Source of the DNA: a virus
Taxonomy: Duplodnaviria > Caudoviricetes
Virus record (IMG/VR): IMGVR_UViG_2546826724_000006
Coordinates: 1 to 64,000 of that record
Strand: one strand, 5' to 3'
Length of the DNA: 64,000 nt
The notes under the pieces were generated by a model. That model was not told the origin of the DNA and ran no database searches. It saw only the letters and a list, made by a program, of their open reading frames with translations. Position numbers and translations under genes: made by a program. Position 1 is the first letter of the stretch; each line of letters begins with the position of its first letter. Shown here piece by piece: positions 28,792-37,303 of this stretch.

Positions 28792-30540
28792 GTGGCAAGC
28801 TCGGTGAGGCCATTGAAGGGGAGCGGGGCGGTACTGCGCCCGATCCATCCCAGCGCCGGCCTTGAGGCCGCTTATCGCAAGCGGCTGACGGCAGCGCTGG
28901 AGGAGATGCACCGATCCATCATGTGGTGGATCAAGGCGGCTTATCGGTCGAACACGCCGCATCTGGCACAAGACGAGACGCCGGCCGAGACCCTGCGCAA
29001 GGCCATCCGCAAATTGACCCGGCGCTGGACCTCGCGCTTCAACGTGCTGGCGGACGACCTCGCCTCGTACTTCGCCCAGGCGGTAAACGAGCGCTCAGAT
29101 GCAGCGCTGAAGACGGCGCTCAAGAAGGGCGGCTTCACGGTAGAGTGGACGATGACCCGCGCCCAGCGCGACGTCGTCGGCTCGGTGGTCAACGAGAACG
29201 TCGCGCTCATCAAGAGCATCCCGCAGCGCTACCTCCAGGGTGTGGAAGGTGCTGTCATGCGGTCCGTGCAGACGGGTCGCGATCTCGGGCAACTGACCAA
29301 GGATCTGCAGGAGCAGTTCGGCGTCACGAAACGGCGAGCGGCCCTGATTTCGAGAGACCAAAATAACAAGGCGACAGCGGCGCTGACGAGAGCACGCCAG
29401 TTGGAGATTGGGGTCGAGGAGGCCGTATGGCTGCACTCGCATGCCGGACGTTCCCCGCGCAAAGCCCATCAGGCGATGAACGGTAAGACCTACGACATTA
29501 AGAAGGGTATGTGGGACCCTGACGAAAAGGCTTACGTGCTGCCGGGGGAATTGATCAACTGCTTCCCCGGCGACACGCAGGTTGGCTTAAGCGGCAGCCC
29601 GGTTCGGGTTTGGCGTGCGCCGTTCGAAGGACCAATGGTCCACCTCGAAATCGGAGCCGATCTGCTCAAGGGTACACCTAATCACCCAGTACTCACCGCC
29701 CGTGGGTGGGTTGGCATAGGCGAGCTTAATCGCGGCGATAAGGTCGTCTGCGTGGCGCTCCAAAACCGGAATGTGGTTCACAACAACGTAGACAAGCGAG
29801 TAGCCACATTCGCTGAGCTTTTCGAAGCGTGGTCGGCTCCATTTGGACATGTGAGCCGAGAGGGCACTGGTTTTAACTTCTACGGCGACAGGCCCAACGG
29901 CGACGTCGATGAGGTAATTGTCGGATACGACAACCTGTTGCTCAACAGGCAGTCCCGCGGCCTTGAGGATCGCAGCGATCTCGCGCTCTCCGAAACCGAT
30001 AGTGCGGTCGTCGGATTTGGTCTTAGCCGCGGTCTTCATGTTGGCTCTGCGGACTTCGCGAGCCTTGCTCACGATCAACGCCCGTCCCTCTGGACCGGCG
30101 GCGTCAAGCCGGATTTTGTTGGCATCGCTTCGGGCTCGCATGAGGCCGCGACGGTTCAGGACATCTCGGATGTTTGCGGCCGAGTGGCGGGGGAAGCCGA
30201 GCCTATCGGCAATGGCAGTAGTCCCAAGGCCGGACTCGTACAGCGGAATAATTTGGGGCGCCAAAGCCTCCCAGTCCATCCGTCTATCGGAGGCGACTCC
30301 GATCAAACGGAGCTTTTTTCCCAACTCGTCCGCAGTGCATCCGATAGCGGATGCCGCGTCTTTGAGTTTGGATCCACTCTCTACGAGTTCCGCCGCGTGA
30401 CGGATAAGCGTGTCCGGGATTTTTCTGGACATGTATTCACCATGCAAACGCTGAGTGGTTACTATAGCGTTGGCGGTGCATTTGTCCAGGCGAAAAACTG
30501 CCGGTGCGTATCGCGCGCCGTGGTCAAGGGCTTCGGCTGA
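28792..30540 (+). CDS. Head morphogenesis / minor head protein (Mu F, SPP1 gp7 family) containing an intein
   Basis: RAALISRDQNNK, WLHS...RKAH; the PGELIN/CRC motif is split by the intein. Confidence 0.88.
   Translation: MASSVRPLKGSGAVLRPIHPSAGLEAAYRKRLTAALEEMHRSIMWWIKAAYRSNTPHLAQDETPAETLRKAIRKLTRRWTSRFNVLADDLASYFAQAVNERSDAALKTALKKGGFTVEWTMTRAQRDVVGSVVNENVALIKSIPQRYLQGVEGAVMRSVQTGRDLGQLTKDLQEQFGVTKRRAALISRDQNNKATAALTRARQLEIGVEEAVWLHSHAGRSPRKAHQAMNGKTYDIKKGMWDPDEKAYVLPGELINCFPGDTQVGLSGSPVRVWRAPFEGPMVHLEIGADLLKGTPNHPVLTARGWVGIGELNRGDKVVCVALQNRNVVHNNVDKRVATFAELFEAWSAPFGHVSREGTGFNFYGDRPNGDVDEVIVGYDNLLLNRQSRGLEDRSDLALSETDSAVVGFGLSRGLHVGSADFASLAHDQRPSLWTGGVKPDFVGIASGSHEAATVQDISDVCGRVAGEAEPIGNGSSPKAGLVQRNNLGRQSLPVHPSIGGDSDQTELFSQLVRSASDSGCRVFEFGSTLYEFRRVTDKRVRDFSGHVFTMQTLSGYYSVGGAFVQAKNCRCVSRAVVKGFG
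29587..30432 (-). CDS. Antisense HTH plus PD-(D/E)XK (Vsr/DUF559-like) endonuclease nested in the intein
   Basis: 281 aa from ATG 30432 with GGTGA RBS; HTH repeats, then GEREIAAIL...QQVVVSDNYLIDVAVGPVAVEVK. Confidence 0.8.
   Translation of the reverse strand: MSRKIPDTLIRHAAELVESGSKLKDAASAIGCTADELGKKLRLIGVASDRRMDWEALAPQIIPLYESGLGTTAIADRLGFPRHSAANIRDVLNRRGLMRARSDANKIRLDAAGPEGRALIVSKAREVRRANMKTAAKTKSDDRTIGFGEREIAAILKAAGLPVEQQVVVSDNYLIDVAVGPVAVEVKTSALSAHMSKWSRPRFEKLSECGYSLVYVVVNHIPVLERHADDLIAAIKLAYANPPTGGEYWVIRCTLEQIGSDFEVDHWSFERRTPNPNRAAA
30461..30488 (-). promoter_or_regulatory. Putative sigma70 promoter for the antisense endonuclease
   Basis: TGGACA-N16-TATAGT on the minus strand, 28 nt upstream of ATG 30432. 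Confidence 0.4.
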
Positions 30541-30574
30541 TCGCTGCAGCCGGGCATAACTCGGCTGCAACTCC

Positions 30575-32035
30575 ATGCTTCTCTCTGCCGACACAAAAGT
30601 CCGGCTCGCGCTGGATCGCGCCGCCGTGCAGGAGTCCTTCCGAACGAAGGACAACGACGGCCACCTTCATATCTCGGCCACGCCGATCTCAAAAAGTAAT
30701 GTGTGTCCGTATTTCGGGCGGGAGATCATAAACTGGCGTGCGCTCGGCTTGGATGCCGACCGAGTTTACAAGCTCTATCGCGATCCCGAAGAGCTAGAGA
30801 AGGCCGCCAGCACCTTCTCCGGCAAGCCCCTGATGATGGGGCATTGGGAGAGTGACGCAGACAACCACGACCACCTCAACACAGTCGGTGGAACGCGGGA
30901 TGTCTACTGGAAGGCGCCGTACCTGATGACGGCGCTCGATGTCTGGCCTGGGCCAGCAATCGAAAAGATTGAAAGCGAAGAAGCCGCCGAGCTTTCTGCC
31001 GCTTACCGCTATCGAGCCGACATGACGCCGGGACGAACGCCTGATGGCGAGGTCTTCGACGGAGTTATGAGGGATATCGATGGATCCCACGTAGCATTCG
31101 TGCCGCGTGGCCGAGCAGGGCGTGATGTCCGAGCCTGGGATCAAGCCCCTATTACCTTCAAGGAGTTCATAATGAACACGGCCAAGTTGTCGCCGGCCGC
31201 TGCGCAGACCCGCGGCGCTCTGGCTGTCTACCTTCGTCCCAAGCTCGCCACTGACGCGGCTATCGACTTCGACCCCGCGCTCAAGGGCGTCACCGCCAAG
31301 AACTTCAAGGCTTCGATCCCGGCCATGGTGCTCGGGGTCATGAAGGCGACCAAGGGCAAGCTCGCCCAGGACGCCGACATTGAGGACGTCGCTGAGGTGA
31401 TTGAGGCGCTGGCCGAGATCCTACCGCCGGAAGCTGAAGCCGACGTGAAGGCCGCGGTTGAAGGCGCAGAAGGTGGGGAGGTCAACGACGACGCTGATGC
31501 GGCTGAAGCCTGCATTGAGATGTGCCGGAAACTCAGCCCCGAGGACCGTGAAAAGGTCATCGCTGGGTGCCAAGCCATGGGCGGTGGTGAGCAGGCCCAG
31601 GACGAGAAGGACGACGAGAAGAAGGACAAGGCCATGGACGCTGCGATGGTGCAGGCTCGCATCCGCGAGGCGACCAAGAGCATGGTCTCCAAGACCGCCA
31701 TGGACGCTGAGATCGCCCGCGCCCGTGCGGACGCCATCGCGGCCACCACCGCGCACATCAACGGCATCAACGAGGCCCGCCGTCGCGTCGCTCCGTGGGT
31801 CGGCGAACTCGCCATGGACTTCGACAGCATCGAGGCCGTGGAGCGCAAGGCCTGCGACGTGCTCGGCATCGCCCACAAGGGCAAGCACCCCGACGCCCTG
31901 ATGGACATCATCTCGGCTCGTCCGAAGGCCGGTGAGCGCTCCCGTGAGGCTGCGCCCCGCACTGCCATGGATGCCGCCGCTGCCAAGAGCTTCGACGAGC
32001 GCTTCGGCACTTCCCGCATCGGTCACGCCGCCTGA
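30575..32035 (+). CDS. Prohead protease-scaffold (DUF2213); probable internal scaffold start at 31172
   Basis: ELSAAYRY, GSHVAFVPRGRAG; AAGGAG RBS before internal MNTAK; repeated AxD motifs. Confidence 0.88.
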   Translation: MLLSADTKVRLALDRAAVQESFRTKDNDGHLHISATPISKSNVCPYFGREIINWRALGLDADRVYKLYRDPEELEKAASTFSGKPLMMGHWESDADNHDHLNTVGGTRDVYWKAPYLMTALDVWPGPAIEKIESEEAAELSAAYRYRADMTPGRTPDGEVFDGVMRDIDGSHVAFVPRGRAGRDVRAWDQAPITFKEFIMNTAKLSPAAAQTRGALAVYLRPKLATDAAIDFDPALKGVTAKNFKASIPAMVLGVMKATKGKLAQDADIEDVAEVIEALAEILPPEAEADVKAAVEGAEGGEVNDDADAAEACIEMCRKLSPEDREKVIAGCQAMGGGEQAQDEKDDEKKDKAMDAAMVQARIREATKSMVSKTAMDAEIARARADAIAATTAHINGINEARRRVAPWVGELAMDFDSIEAVERKACDVLGIAHKGKHPDALMDIISARPKAGERSREAAPRTAMDAAAAKSFDERFGTSRIGHAA

Positions 32036-32062
32036 TCGGCGCTCTGAACAGGAGACGAGACC

Positions 32063-32575
32063 ATGAGCTTCCCCACGACTGTCAATTACGCACCGGCTCC
32101 TGCCGTTGAAGGCGACTTCTGCGACAGCAACCCGCGTTCGTCTGTCGACGCCGGCCCCATGGGTCTGGTCGTCGGCTCGGGCGGCGCTGTCATCGGCCGG
32201 TGGCACTGGGCGACTGCCCCGAACGACGGCGATGGCGCGCCTGCGTCCATCACCAACTCTGGCACGGGCGCTCCCACGGGCTTCATGCACCGTGAGCAGC
32301 AGGCGCTGATCACCACCTATCTCGCCGAGTCCGGCATGACGGTGCAGCCCGGCTTCCCGGCCACGCTCATGAAGAGCGGCGGTTTCTGGGTGAAGAACCG
32401 TGGCTCGGCGCCGACTGTCGTGAACCAGAAGGTGTTCGCCAACAACACTGATGGCAGCAGCTCGACTGGTGCCGCCGGAGCCACCGTCGCGGGCGCGACC
32501 GAAACCAAGTGGTACTGCCACTCGGTCGCCGCTGTCGGCGAACTGTTCAAGATGTCCGCGCTGCCCAACGGCTAA
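32063..32575 (+). CDS. Capsid decoration/cement protein
   Basis: Lies between scaffold and capsid genes; PAPAVEGDF...GFMHREQQALI. Confidence 0.75.
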   Translation: MSFPTTVNYAPAPAVEGDFCDSNPRSSVDAGPMGLVVGSGGAVIGRWHWATAPNDGDGAPASITNSGTGAPTGFMHREQQALITTYLAESGMTVQPGFPATLMKSGGFWVKNRGSAPTVVNQKVFANNTDGSSSTGAAGATVAGATETKWYCHSVAAVGELFKMSALPNG

Positions 32576-32600
32576 GCGGCAGCATAGCGGAGATATCAAC

Positions 32601-33026
32601 ATGAACCTTCAGGAAGCACGTACTCAGTTTCTCGCCGACAAGGACGCTCTCGCTGAGAAGGGCGTTCACCTCAACGGCGTCGTGATGTATGCGACGCCCG
32701 AGATGAAGCGGGACAGCACGCTCGCGATGGACGCTCAGCCGGTTCTTCAGACCGCGCCGAGCGGCGGCATCCCGGCGTTGCTCACCACGACGATCGACCC
32801 GGACGTGATCCGCGTTCGCTTCTCCCCGACCAAGGCCACCGAAATCTTCGGTGAGCAGCAGAAGGGCGATTGGCGGCAGGACACGATCGCGTTCGGCGTG
32901 GTCGAGCAGACCGGCGAGACGTCGGTGTACGGTGACTACGCCAACAACGGCTCCGTCAACGTCAACATGAACTGGCCGCAGCGTCAGCTCTTCCGCTACC
33001 AGACCATTTCACAGGTAGTTCACTAA
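32601..33026 (+). CDS. Major capsid protein (DUF2184-type), 5' part, interrupted by the integrated element
   Basis: LAMDAQP...KGDW...YGDYANNG...NWPQRQ...YQTIS, then an element-derived stop. Confidence 0.88.
   Translation: MNLQEARTQFLADKDALAEKGVHLNGVVMYATPEMKRDSTLAMDAQPVLQTAPSGGIPALLTTTIDPDVIRVRFSPTKATEIFGEQQKGDWRQDTIAFGVVEQTGETSVYGDYANNGSVNVNMNWPQRQLFRYQTISQVVH
32997..33010 (+). repeat. attL core TACCAGACCATTTC
   Basis: 13/14 identity with 51304-51317. Confidence 0.9.
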
Positions 33027-33050
33027 TAATCCCTTTCGTATCAATACCTT

Positions 33051-33080
33051 AGGGCGCCTCTCATGGCGCCCTTTCCTTTG
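33051..33080 (+). terminator. Intrinsic terminator just inside attL
   Basis: AGGGCGCC-tctcat-GGCGCCCT followed by TTCCTTTG. Confidence 0.6.
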
Positions 33081-33196
33081 TCTACTGATTACCACCAGCA
33101 CATTATATATCAATGGGTTACAGCCGTTGACGGCTGCTACACATGCCATGACGCGCGCCATGGCCGCGCCACCGCAATCGCATCTCAGAGACTGCT

Positions 33197-33409
33197 ATGG
33201 ATCAGCTTCATGGTCGTGACGAAGGCGAGGTGCTGACCGGCGCCAAGGCCATCGCCAACAGGTTCGGGTTCACCCCTCGGCAGATCTACTATTGGGTAGG
33301 CCACGCTGGGTTCCCGGTTTTTCACATCGGAAAGATCATCTGTGCTCGGCCGGCCCACGTGCGTCGCTGGATCGCTGAGCAAGAGGCGGCAGCACGAAAG
33401 GCTGGCTGA
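33197..33409 (+). CDS. Excisionase/AlpA-like HTH protein (satellite)
   Basis: LTGAKAIANRFGFTPRQIYYW....FPVFHIGKIICAR; first gene inside attL. Confidence 0.75.
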   Translation: MDQLHGRDEGEVLTGAKAIANRFGFTPRQIYYWVGHAGFPVFHIGKIICARPAHVRRWIAEQEAAARKAG

Positions 33410-33410
33410 C

Positions 33411-33665
33411 ATGGCTTATCGGGAACGGCGTGAAGTCACGCACCATGAGGCTATGCGCCTCGGAGAGAATGCAGAGGTGCGGGTAGACGTTGAGACGGAG
33501 AGCACCTTCGACTTGGTGATTTTCCGGATTTGGTCCCTCGACCATCATCTCGGTTGGCTTCCGACGAGCAACACCATCCGCCTCAAGGCCGCGCAGTTGC
33601 CCGACTTCGTGCGGCTCGGCCTGCGGGCGCACCAATCCATCCAAGCCCGGAAGCCCCGGCCATGA
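33411..33665 (+). CDS. Putative PC4-like ssDNA-binding protein
   Basis: VRVDV...LVIFRIW....GWLPTSNTIRLKAAQLPDF pattern. Confidence 0.45.
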   Translation: MAYRERREVTHHEAMRLGENAEVRVDVETESTFDLVIFRIWSLDHHLGWLPTSNTIRLKAAQLPDFVRLGLRAHQSIQARKPRP

Positions 33666-34135
33666 GCGTGCGCTACACTCTAGGCGTGGACATCGGCGCG
33701 AGCGGCGCCCTGGCCTTCTACGCCGCCGCTGAGCCCGCCATCGTCACGGTAGACGACATGCCGATGGTCGCCGGCCGGGTGGACCCGCACGCGCTCGCCC
33801 GCCGGATCCGGCAGATGGCCCCTGCCTTCGCCGTCGTGGAGCAGCAGGGACCGCGCCCGACCGATGGGTGCAAGCAGTCCTTCGGGATCGGACACGCCTA
33901 TGCGGTGGTGACGACGGCGCTGGCCCTCTGCGACGTGCCAGTGCATCTCGTCACCTCTGGCACGTGGAAGAAGCATCACAAGATCTTCGGCGCGTCCGAT
34001 CCAAAGGAAGCGGGTCGCGCCCTGGCCCTCCGTCTCTGGCCGCAGTGCGCCGAGACCTTCGCGTTGAAGAAGCACGACGGCCGATCCGACGCGGCCCTTA
34101 TCGCCCGCTTCGGGGCTGAGACGATCCAACTCTGA
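33662..34135 (+). CDS. RuvC-like Holliday junction resolvase
   Basis: LGVDIGASGALA, AVVEQ, WKK, HDGRSDAALIA. Confidence 0.85.
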   Translation: MSVRYTLGVDIGASGALAFYAAAEPAIVTVDDMPMVAGRVDPHALARRIRQMAPAFAVVEQQGPRPTDGCKQSFGIGHAYAVVTTALALCDVPVHLVTSGTWKKHHKIFGASDPKEAGRALALRLWPQCAETFALKKHDGRSDAALIARFGAETIQL

Positions 34136-34244
34136 AATCTGAGATCGAGGCGGAAGGTCCCGTCTCGTTGCGAGCGCGCTGGGTGGTGATGAGGACCGCC
34201 GCCCGGCGCGCGAGCGCATGTCCGCAAACCTACGGAGACATCAC

Positions 34245-34694
34245 ATGGCACGACGCCAGACACGAGTGACGATCAAGGCTGAGCCGACGTTGGACGAAGA
34301 CGGCAGGGTGATCGCGCCGGCCCAGCCCGGCCGAGACGAGGGCAAGACCTACGTGTTGACGGAGATGTCCGCCAAGCAGGCCGAGAGCTGGGGTGGCCGG
34401 GCGTTGACGGCGCTCACGCACTCCGGGGCCGAGCTGCCGGACGAGATCATGACGGCAGGCATGGCAGGGTTCGCCATGATGGGGATGCAGGCCCTAGCGG
34501 GGATCAAGTTTGAGGAAATCGAGCCGCTGATGAACGAAATGTTCGAGTGCGTGCGGATCGCCCCCGACCCGAAGAACCCTGACTTGGTGCGTGACCTCGT
34601 TGAGGATGACATCGAGGAAGTCTGGACGCGCGTTAAGCTGCGGATCGCCGTGCTTGACCTTCACGTCCGCCCTTCCACGCCCGTCGCCCCCTAG
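34245..34694 (+). CDS. Satellite tail assembly chaperone; probable -1 frameshift extension to 34903
   Basis: Clear paralog of helper 60536-61021 (RDEGKTYVLTEMSA vs RDAGKTFLLTEMSA; LVEDDIEEV in both). Confidence 0.88.
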   Translation: MARRQTRVTIKAEPTLDEDGRVIAPAQPGRDEGKTYVLTEMSAKQAESWGGRALTALTHSGAELPDEIMTAGMAGFAMMGMQALAGIKFEEIEPLMNEMFECVRIAPDPKNPDLVRDLVEDDIEEVWTRVKLRIAVLDLHVRPSTPVAP

Positions 34695-34917
34695 ACATCG
34701 GTTCGGTTGGGGACGACGGGTTGCCGGCACGATGGCGGGAGTTTGAGAACGTCTCTCGCTCTATCGCCATCGTCATGACCGAGAAGTTCGCGACCATGGG
34801 CGAGCTGGATACCATCTACGGCTCGCAGGACTTGGCCGATATGGTCGAGATCATCAGCATCAACGCGCACAACGCGCGGCTGCTACAGCCCAAACCGCGC
34901 TAGCTACAGGCCCCCAC

Positions 34918-35382
34918 ATGTTCGTGGACTTCACCCATGCCGGGCGCGCTGCGCTCGACAATGCGATCCCTCATGCGTCGGCGCACCTCGTGCCGATGCT
35001 GAAGGCCGTTCGGGATCACGGGATGGCGTTCGTCATCGCCGCGCAGTCTCGGCGCGGGTTTGCGATCCCGGAGACCGGCCCGGCCGTCGTCATCATCGGC
35101 GACGACATGGCCCGGTCCCTTGGACCGCCTGGCTTCCACCTCAAATCCGTTCGGCGGCTTCTCGGCCGGGCGAAGGTCGTCGCCGTGATGGCGGGCGCCC
35201 CGGTGGAGACGATGTACGCCCGCATGACGCGTGACGCGGTGGAGCGCCGCGCCATCGTCGTGCTGATCGAGACCACGACCGCCCATGAGGAGGAGTGGAG
35301 CGCCTACGCGGAGGACGTGAACCCCGACGCCGACCTTCACCTTGTGTCGCCGACCGTGGCGAATTTGGGGGCGCCGGCATGA
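34918..35382 (+). CDS. Hypothetical protein
   Basis: IIGDD....GPPGF; VLIETT...EEEW. Confidence 0.6.
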   Translation: MFVDFTHAGRAALDNAIPHASAHLVPMLKAVRDHGMAFVIAAQSRRGFAIPETGPAVVIIGDDMARSLGPPGFHLKSVRRLLGRAKVVAVMAGAPVETMYARMTRDAVERRAIVVLIETTTAHEEEWSAYAEDVNPDADLHLVSPTVANLGAPA

Positions 35383-35639
35383 AGGATACCGCCCCCTTCG
35401 GCACCGTCGAGACCGCGTGCGACTTCCTCGCCGAGATGGCGGCCGGCGTGATCGCGCACGCCTCCGTCATGCAGAGCTACGCTGAGGCCCGGTACTATCC
35501 CGGCTTGGACTACGCCACTCGGCACACCGTCGCGTTCCTGCGCGCGATGGAAGCCGCGCACGCCGAGGTGGAGCGCTCGCGCGCCGTCGTGGCCTACCGC
35601 AAAGGCGCCGAGGCTATCGGGCCGGGGCAGGGTGTCTGA
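35379..35639 (+). CDS. Hypothetical protein
   Basis: Coupled to the rep gene (TGATG). Confidence 0.5.
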   Translation: MKDTAPFGTVETACDFLAEMAAGVIAHASVMQSYAEARYYPGLDYATRHTVAFLRAMEAAHAEVERSRAVVAYRKGAEAIGPGQGV

Positions 35640-36889
35640 TGCGGGAGCGCCTAGACGATCTGCCGCCGCTCGGCGAGCCGGACGAAGACGGCCGGTGGAT
35701 CCCGCCTGAGGAAGAGGCCCCGCGCGCCACGCCTTTGCTGCGAGCCACGCCCTACGTCTACCGCCCGCCGGCCGAGATCCCGATCCGGGAGTGGGTGTAC
35801 GGCAAGCATCTGATCCGCAGGTTCTTGAGCACCACCGTGGCCCCCGGCGCTGTCGGGAAGTCGAGCCTCGTTCTGGTCGAGGCCATCGCCATGGTGACGG
35901 GCCGCCCCTTGCTCGGGATCCAAGTCCCGCATCGGCTCCGGGTTTGGGTCGCGAACCTTGAGGACCCGCTTGAGGAGCTAGAGCGCCGCGTCGCTGCGAT
36001 CTGTCTCCACTACGGCATTGACCCGCGCGAGTTGGAAGGACGCCTGTTCCTCGACAGCGGGCGCACGGCCGAGATCATCATCGCCCGCCGCGAGCGCGAC
36101 GGCGTGAAGGTGGCAGAGCCCCTTATCGCTGCCATCGTGCAGACACTGCGGGAAAACCGGATCGATCACCTGACGGTCGACCCGTTCGTCTCGTCTCACC
36201 GCGTGACGGAGAACGCCAACGATGAGATCGACATCGTGGCGAAGGCTTGGAACCGCGTCGCCGAGACGGCCGGCGTGTCGATCGAACTCGTCCACCACGT
36301 CCGCAAAGGGCAGGGCGGGGCAGGGGAGTTCACGGTAGAGGACGGCCGCGGTGCCGGTGCCCTACTCGCCGCCGCTCGCTCGGCCCGCGTGCTCAACCCC
36401 ATGACCAAGGACGAGGCCGCCAGGGCCGGGTTGCCGTCGCATCGGGGCTACTTCCGGACGGACAACGGCAAGGCCAATCTCGCGCCGCCGCCCGACCGCT
36501 CGGAATGGTTTCATCTCACCTCCGTCTCACTCGGCAACGGGCCGGCTGGGCTCGTGGATGCCAGCGACCACGTAGCCGTCGTGGAACCCTGGACATGGCC
36601 GGATGCCTTCGACGGGATCAGCCTCAACGATCTGATGACGGCTCAAACCGCCGTAGCCGAGGGCGGTCCGTGGCGTGCCAGCCCGCAGTCGCCGGCATGG
36701 GTCGGCAGGCCGATAGCCCGCGCCTTGAGGATGGACCCCGACGATAAGGGAGACCGCCAGCGCGTCAGCCGCTTGCTCAAGACGTGGATGGAGACCGGCA
36801 TGTTCGTGACGGTCGAAGCACAGGACGAGGCCCGTAAAGTCCGGCAGTTCGTGGAGGTAGGAACCCGCGCCAGTGCGACACCGGACTGA
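35639..36889 (+). CDS. RepA-like AAA (SF4-type) helicase / replication protein
   Basis: APGAVGKSS Walker A, NLED, TVDPF, LVHHVRKG, DGRGAGAL, GKANLAP. Confidence 0.85.
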   Translation: MRERLDDLPPLGEPDEDGRWIPPEEEAPRATPLLRATPYVYRPPAEIPIREWVYGKHLIRRFLSTTVAPGAVGKSSLVLVEAIAMVTGRPLLGIQVPHRLRVWVANLEDPLEELERRVAAICLHYGIDPRELEGRLFLDSGRTAEIIIARRERDGVKVAEPLIAAIVQTLRENRIDHLTVDPFVSSHRVTENANDEIDIVAKAWNRVAETAGVSIELVHHVRKGQGGAGEFTVEDGRGAGALLAAARSARVLNPMTKDEAARAGLPSHRGYFRTDNGKANLAPPPDRSEWFHLTSVSLGNGPAGLVDASDHVAVVEPWTWPDAFDGISLNDLMTAQTAVAEGGPWRASPQSPAWVGRPIARALRMDPDDKGDRQRVSRLLKTWMETGMFVTVEAQDEARKVRQFVEVGTRASATPD

Positions 36890-36899
36890 GGGGCCGGAT

Positions 36900-37080
36900 C
36901 TGCTCCACCACCACTACTCCCCCCTATAAGGGGGTGGAGCAAGTGGCGCAGTGGCGCAAAGATCCTCAAGCGCTCCACTGCACCACCTTGCGACGCTCCA
37001 CCATTCTCAGGTGGCGCAAGTCTCTGATCCGCCGGTATGGCGCTACCACATAGGGCAAACGGCGAGGCTTTGGCGCATAG
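36900..37080. repeat. Putative satellite origin with short iterons
   Basis: Clustered TGG(C/A)GC copies in both orientations just downstream of rep. Confidence 0.45.
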
Positions 37081-37255
37081 GTTCCGGCTATGGATCTGAG
37101 TGCGGACGATAGACAGCGGCACACAGGGGGACGTGTCGTCTGAAGGGGATTGGGGGACGTGTGGTCACGCGGACGCCGCCTCTGGATTTTTCCCGGCCGT
37201 TGGCGAAGCCAAACGCGGTCACGCGGGAACCCACGCTTGACATCGCCGTGGCGCT

Positions 37256-37295
37256 CTTTACAACTTGCTCAACGAACGTAGAGCATTTCGTAAAG
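37256..37295. promoter_or_regulatory. Imperfect palindrome; candidate res/operator site of the serine recombinase
   Basis: CTTTACaactTGCTCaACG-aa-CGTaGAGCAtttcGTAAAG directly upstream of the gene. Confidence 0.55.
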
Positions 37296-37303
37296 GCACA
37301 GCG

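Larger units (their letters stand above)
29560..30498 (+). mobile_element. Intein (313 aa)
   Basis: Block A CFPGDTQV, block B GTPNHPVLTARGW, block F FSGHVFTMQT, C-terminal KN followed by +1 Cys. Confidence 0.9.

Noticed and set aside
30433-30654. N-terminal extension of the antisense endonuclease given in the ORF track
   Set aside because: The RBS, candidate promoter and domain start all point to ATG 30432, inside the intein
32601-33026. Capsid gene as a decayed pseudogene
   Set aside because: The remainder is intact and in frame at 51304-51999, behind a direct repeat
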